From Malacoraja senta (Eukaryota), in contig CM075988.1 of NCBI GenBank assembly GCA_038087875.1, positions 14,696,001 through 14,760,000 of the forward strand: a stretch of DNA of 64,000 bases. Direction: 5' to 3'. Position numbers and translations under genes: made by a program. Positions 60,571 to 64,000 of this stretch are shown here, in pieces (positions within the stretch are counted from its first letter, which is position 1; every line of letters begins with the position of its first letter). The notes beneath the pieces were generated by a model. It saw only the letters and a list, made by a program, of their open reading frames with translations. It was not told the DNA's origin and did not search any database.

Positions 60571-61420
60571 TGTCTCATTGCTCCCATCGCTGTGCTGCCA
60601 CTCCTGAATCCAAGCCCATGTCCACAGCCCGAATGTAAATTGCTCCAATAAAAGATCTTTCTAGACCTTGCATCGTCTTCATGTACCCATTCCTTTATGT
60701 ACCCAAATACAGCAGTGTCTAAACATGCTTTGGGCTGCTAATACCAAGAACCTGACTGAGGCACAGAGGACTGATGGGAAGCAGCAGAAAATGGAAGGGA
60801 ACTTTCTCAGAGGCTGCACTTTAGGCTCGAGGCCTTCCCACCACAATGCAAAGACTTCAGCAGCCCTTGCACACAGGGACTGTAATGATCGACTATTCTG
60901 TAGCTCCACGGTCCAAGCAATTACAAAGGCAGATCAAAGTTGGAACAAAGGTTAATTTCATTCTTTAGAAGCTCCAGCATCATCACGAGGCAAAAGTCAT
61001 CCTGCGTTACCAGATGAAGGAGCCTCCACCACCTTCACTCATCACAATGATGTATTCGGTGATAGATCAGTCCTCCACTCAGTGACTAAACATCCCTCAT
61101 TTTAGAGATGAGCACATGTTTTCTCTTAGTGTCCAATACAAGGAATGGAGAGAAAGCAGATAGAAATAAAAATAATTAAAGTCAAAGGTAGAAATCGCAT
61201 ATAAAGGCATCAGGAGATGGGTAGGTCCATGTGGTGGGTTAGGATGCTAAAAAAATAATATAGGTAAGCTCAATTTAAAGCATAGTAACATTCAGAGAGT
61301 AAGCACTTAGACAGCAGAGAAACAGCAGTCAGCCCAAAGAAGCAATGCTGATCAACTAGCATTCATTTAAAACTAACCCTGCGATCGCTCTCTTCTTATT
61401 CCCTCCACATCCCTATCAAC

Positions 61421-61690
61421 TGGGATGACATAGCGGTACAATGATAGAGTTGCTGCCTGCAGGGTCAGAGACCCAGGTTCAATCCTGACTATGGGTGCTG
61501 ACTGTATGTGGTTTTCTCAGGGTGCTCCATTTTTCTCCCACACGCCAAAGACATACAGGTTTGTAGGTTAATTGGCTTCGGTAAATTGTATATTGTCTCT
61601 AGTGTGTGGGATAGTGTTAGAGTGTGGGGTAAACACTGGTCAGCATGGACTCAATGGGCCAAAGGGTCTGTTTCCATGCTGTATCTCCAA
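61421..61690 (+). mobile_element. HE1-like SINE
   Basis: AGAGTTGCTGCC...GGTTCAATCCTGACTATGGGTGCTG; tail GGGCCAAAGGGTCTGTTTCC. Confidence 0.85.
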
Positions 61691-62034
61691 ATTAACCCTC
61701 CCCCAAGATTCTGCCACTTCCCTGCATTCAAACTACAATTCAAACTAGATTTAATCTGTGTGACTTTGGGATGTGGGAGGAAAGTGGAGCATCCAGGGGA
61801 CTGCTGTATCATTGTCTCCCCAATACTGAACGGCATGCCCATCCATGGCTTGCCAGGATTAGACTAAGGTAGGTGGCAAGGTGGACACTTAAGAGGAAGT
61901 GAGGACCGAGTAATGTGGAGGAGGTACCTGTGCATAGGTTTGCGTATGTGTTTGTGTGCATGCGGGGATGAATGGCGGCGTGTATGCAGAAAATCCTGAT
62001 TTCCAATTGTCTTGGACTCACTCTGTTATGACCA

Positions 62035-62132
62035 TGTGAAGGTAGACACAAAATGCTGGAGTACCTCAGCGGGACAGGCAGCATCTCCGGAGAGGAGGAA
62101 TGAGTGACGTTCTGGGTCGAGACCCTTCTTCA
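62035..62132 (-). repeat. Penelope-terminus repeat (further copies at about 2370, 8695, 11385, 18115, 20745, 21803, 22565, 47635, 50255, 55690 and 55998)
   Basis: Shared motif AGACACAAAATGCTGGAGTA.CTCAGCGGG.CAGGCAGCATCTC.GGAG...GTGACGTT..GGGTCGAGACCCTTCTTCA. Confidence 0.85.
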
Positions 62133-64000
62133 AGGTCTATGTGAAAGTTGGTGTGCGATAAAATGCCACAGGTTAAAGGAGTCAGGCATCTTCCACGTCT
62201 CAGAACAAAAAGTTCAAGAACTGCAACATAAAGACGCTTGGGGGCGTTCAACGCTTTCCCTCTCACACTCCCTTCCCCTGGTGAGATCACAGATGTATTT
62301 GTCCTTGTCATTTGTTGTGGCATTCTTCCACGAGGTGTCCAAGACCAGGTCAAAGATTTGACAAGGTCAGCACTAGAACGAACTTCACAAAGGTTCAACA
62401 GCTGTTCAAGATGACACCAGTTGTCACCCTGACTGGTCATTGTTGCTGCATGTCACAGCTCTTCAGGCTGTGAAGGAGAAGAGCAAACTGAATAACTAAA
62501 GCAAACAGAATGTTATACTTAACCCAAGATTCACTTGCTGGCTGCCATGGAGATCAACAATAGTTTTTACACCCATGAAGCAAGGCAATTATTTTCTTGC
62601 AATGCATTCTCTCGCACGTTGAAGCACAGAACTGTCCCAGTTCCTGTCTTAAACTATCGCTTGCCTGACAGGCTGCATCACTTTGACCAAAGTGTAATCA
62701 GTATTGACTCTGTGGCTGCAAGTTTCAACCATTAAACAAAGGTCTCCTTTTGCCTCAAACTCTGGCCGTCACATGTACCCTTGTAAAGTGCACTGTTAGC
62801 GCTGGCTCATTAGTTGCAAATGTCAGTGTGCGCTCTGCAGCTGTCCCGATTTGCAATTATAAGCCAGTTATTTGGACTGTATGTTAATTCTACATGTCAT
62901 AGAATTAGCACTTCAACAATTCCTGCAGAAAGACCATTACACCAAGTACAGATTTCATACTTGAAAAGGAGTTTTGTAAAGAATCACTCCAATAAGTGAA
63001 GCTTCAGACTCAGAAATCCTATTGCCCTCATTGCTGGGATTCTGCTGTGTGGGCTGCTCACAGGGGGACATGTGCATACACACACACACACCCAAATATC
63101 AGCTGCAGCTATGTAACCATGCACGGAGGAAAAACTCATCTGCCTGAGACTCACGAGTTTTCCAGTGTAGAGTTGTCCAAGATCAATGCCTACCCACCGG
63201 CATGCTGAGTTGCAGGACCACATGGAGAGGGGCACACTGAACCTTGGTGTAGCCACCACAACGACACAAAGGGGAAAAGCCACATTTAAAGGCCATGCCA
63301 CCACAGCACAACGAGAGGCTCAAACCCATTTAAAATACCTTTGGATTCCTTCAGGAATGCATGTGAAGGAAAATTAATGCCATATTCATGTATGGTAATG
63401 TAAATGAAATGACATGGTAGGTATTAAAAAAAATCTTTTTCAGACAAATGTGTTGAGTACTTGCATGTTTTATGAATAAAGTAATATTTTCATAATTGAA
63501 TTTCTCACTATTGCACAGAAAGGTTTGAATTTTAAGTTTGGATCATACTGAACAAGGTTGAAACGTAAGGCCTTGTGTTGTGAATGGGATAGACACCAAC
63601 ATGCTCGTTATGCATGTTGGGCATTAATAACACTAGGACAGGTATTTGATCCCACATCTCCATGTGTTCTCTGCCAAGTACATGCCCCCTTGGACATTAT
63701 CCAACTTAAAATGCATTTGAAGGGAAATCTTTTTGGCTGTATAAAACCAGCACTGAGAGAAATCACATTAACTCTTCCCATTCACGCAGAATACTAAATT
63801 TAGGTCACCTGATAATTATGATTGCTGCATAACATCAGCACTTACTACACTGTTGTTCAGTAAGAGGCCAATATCATGAATTACTTGCACGGTTGAAGCT
63901 AACCTGCTCTCTTTATCTTCCCCTTAAATGGAGCAGCATCGTTTGGCTGGAGAGGAACAAGCAAGGTTTCGACAAAAGGAATCCCACTCGCCAAACAGTG

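Noticed and set aside
6152..62132. CRISPR-like recurring palindromic repeat
   Set aside because: The copies are dispersed, variable and irregularly spaced, in eukaryotic DNA, and linked to a Penelope GIY-YIG frame.

Overview
Repeat-dense vertebrate genomic DNA, most likely from a cartilaginous fish (skate or ray, inferred from HE1/V-SINE-type SINEs and the CR1 and Penelope-like families). No host protein-coding gene could be recognised, so the window reads as intronic or intergenic. The recognisable ORFs are retrotransposon-derived, and the other short ORFs look spurious. The content includes one 5'-truncated L1 with an intact 1263-aa ORF2 and a 9-bp TSD, many CR1 fragments, Rex1/Babar, L2, RTE and Penelope-like relics, HE1-like and Deu-domain SINEs, and a GC-rich non-coding retroposon family. 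The most striking observation is a ~140-bp retroposon at 18509-18645. Its first 54 nt fold as a minimal HDV/CPEB3-like ribozyme, its predicted cleavage site coincides exactly with the edge of a 14-bp TSD, and it ends in an (AAG)n tail. About 25 Penelope-terminus repeats also carry a hammerhead-like core, often in palindromic pairs. All family names come from motif recognition by eye, not database searches, and boundaries of old relics are approximate.
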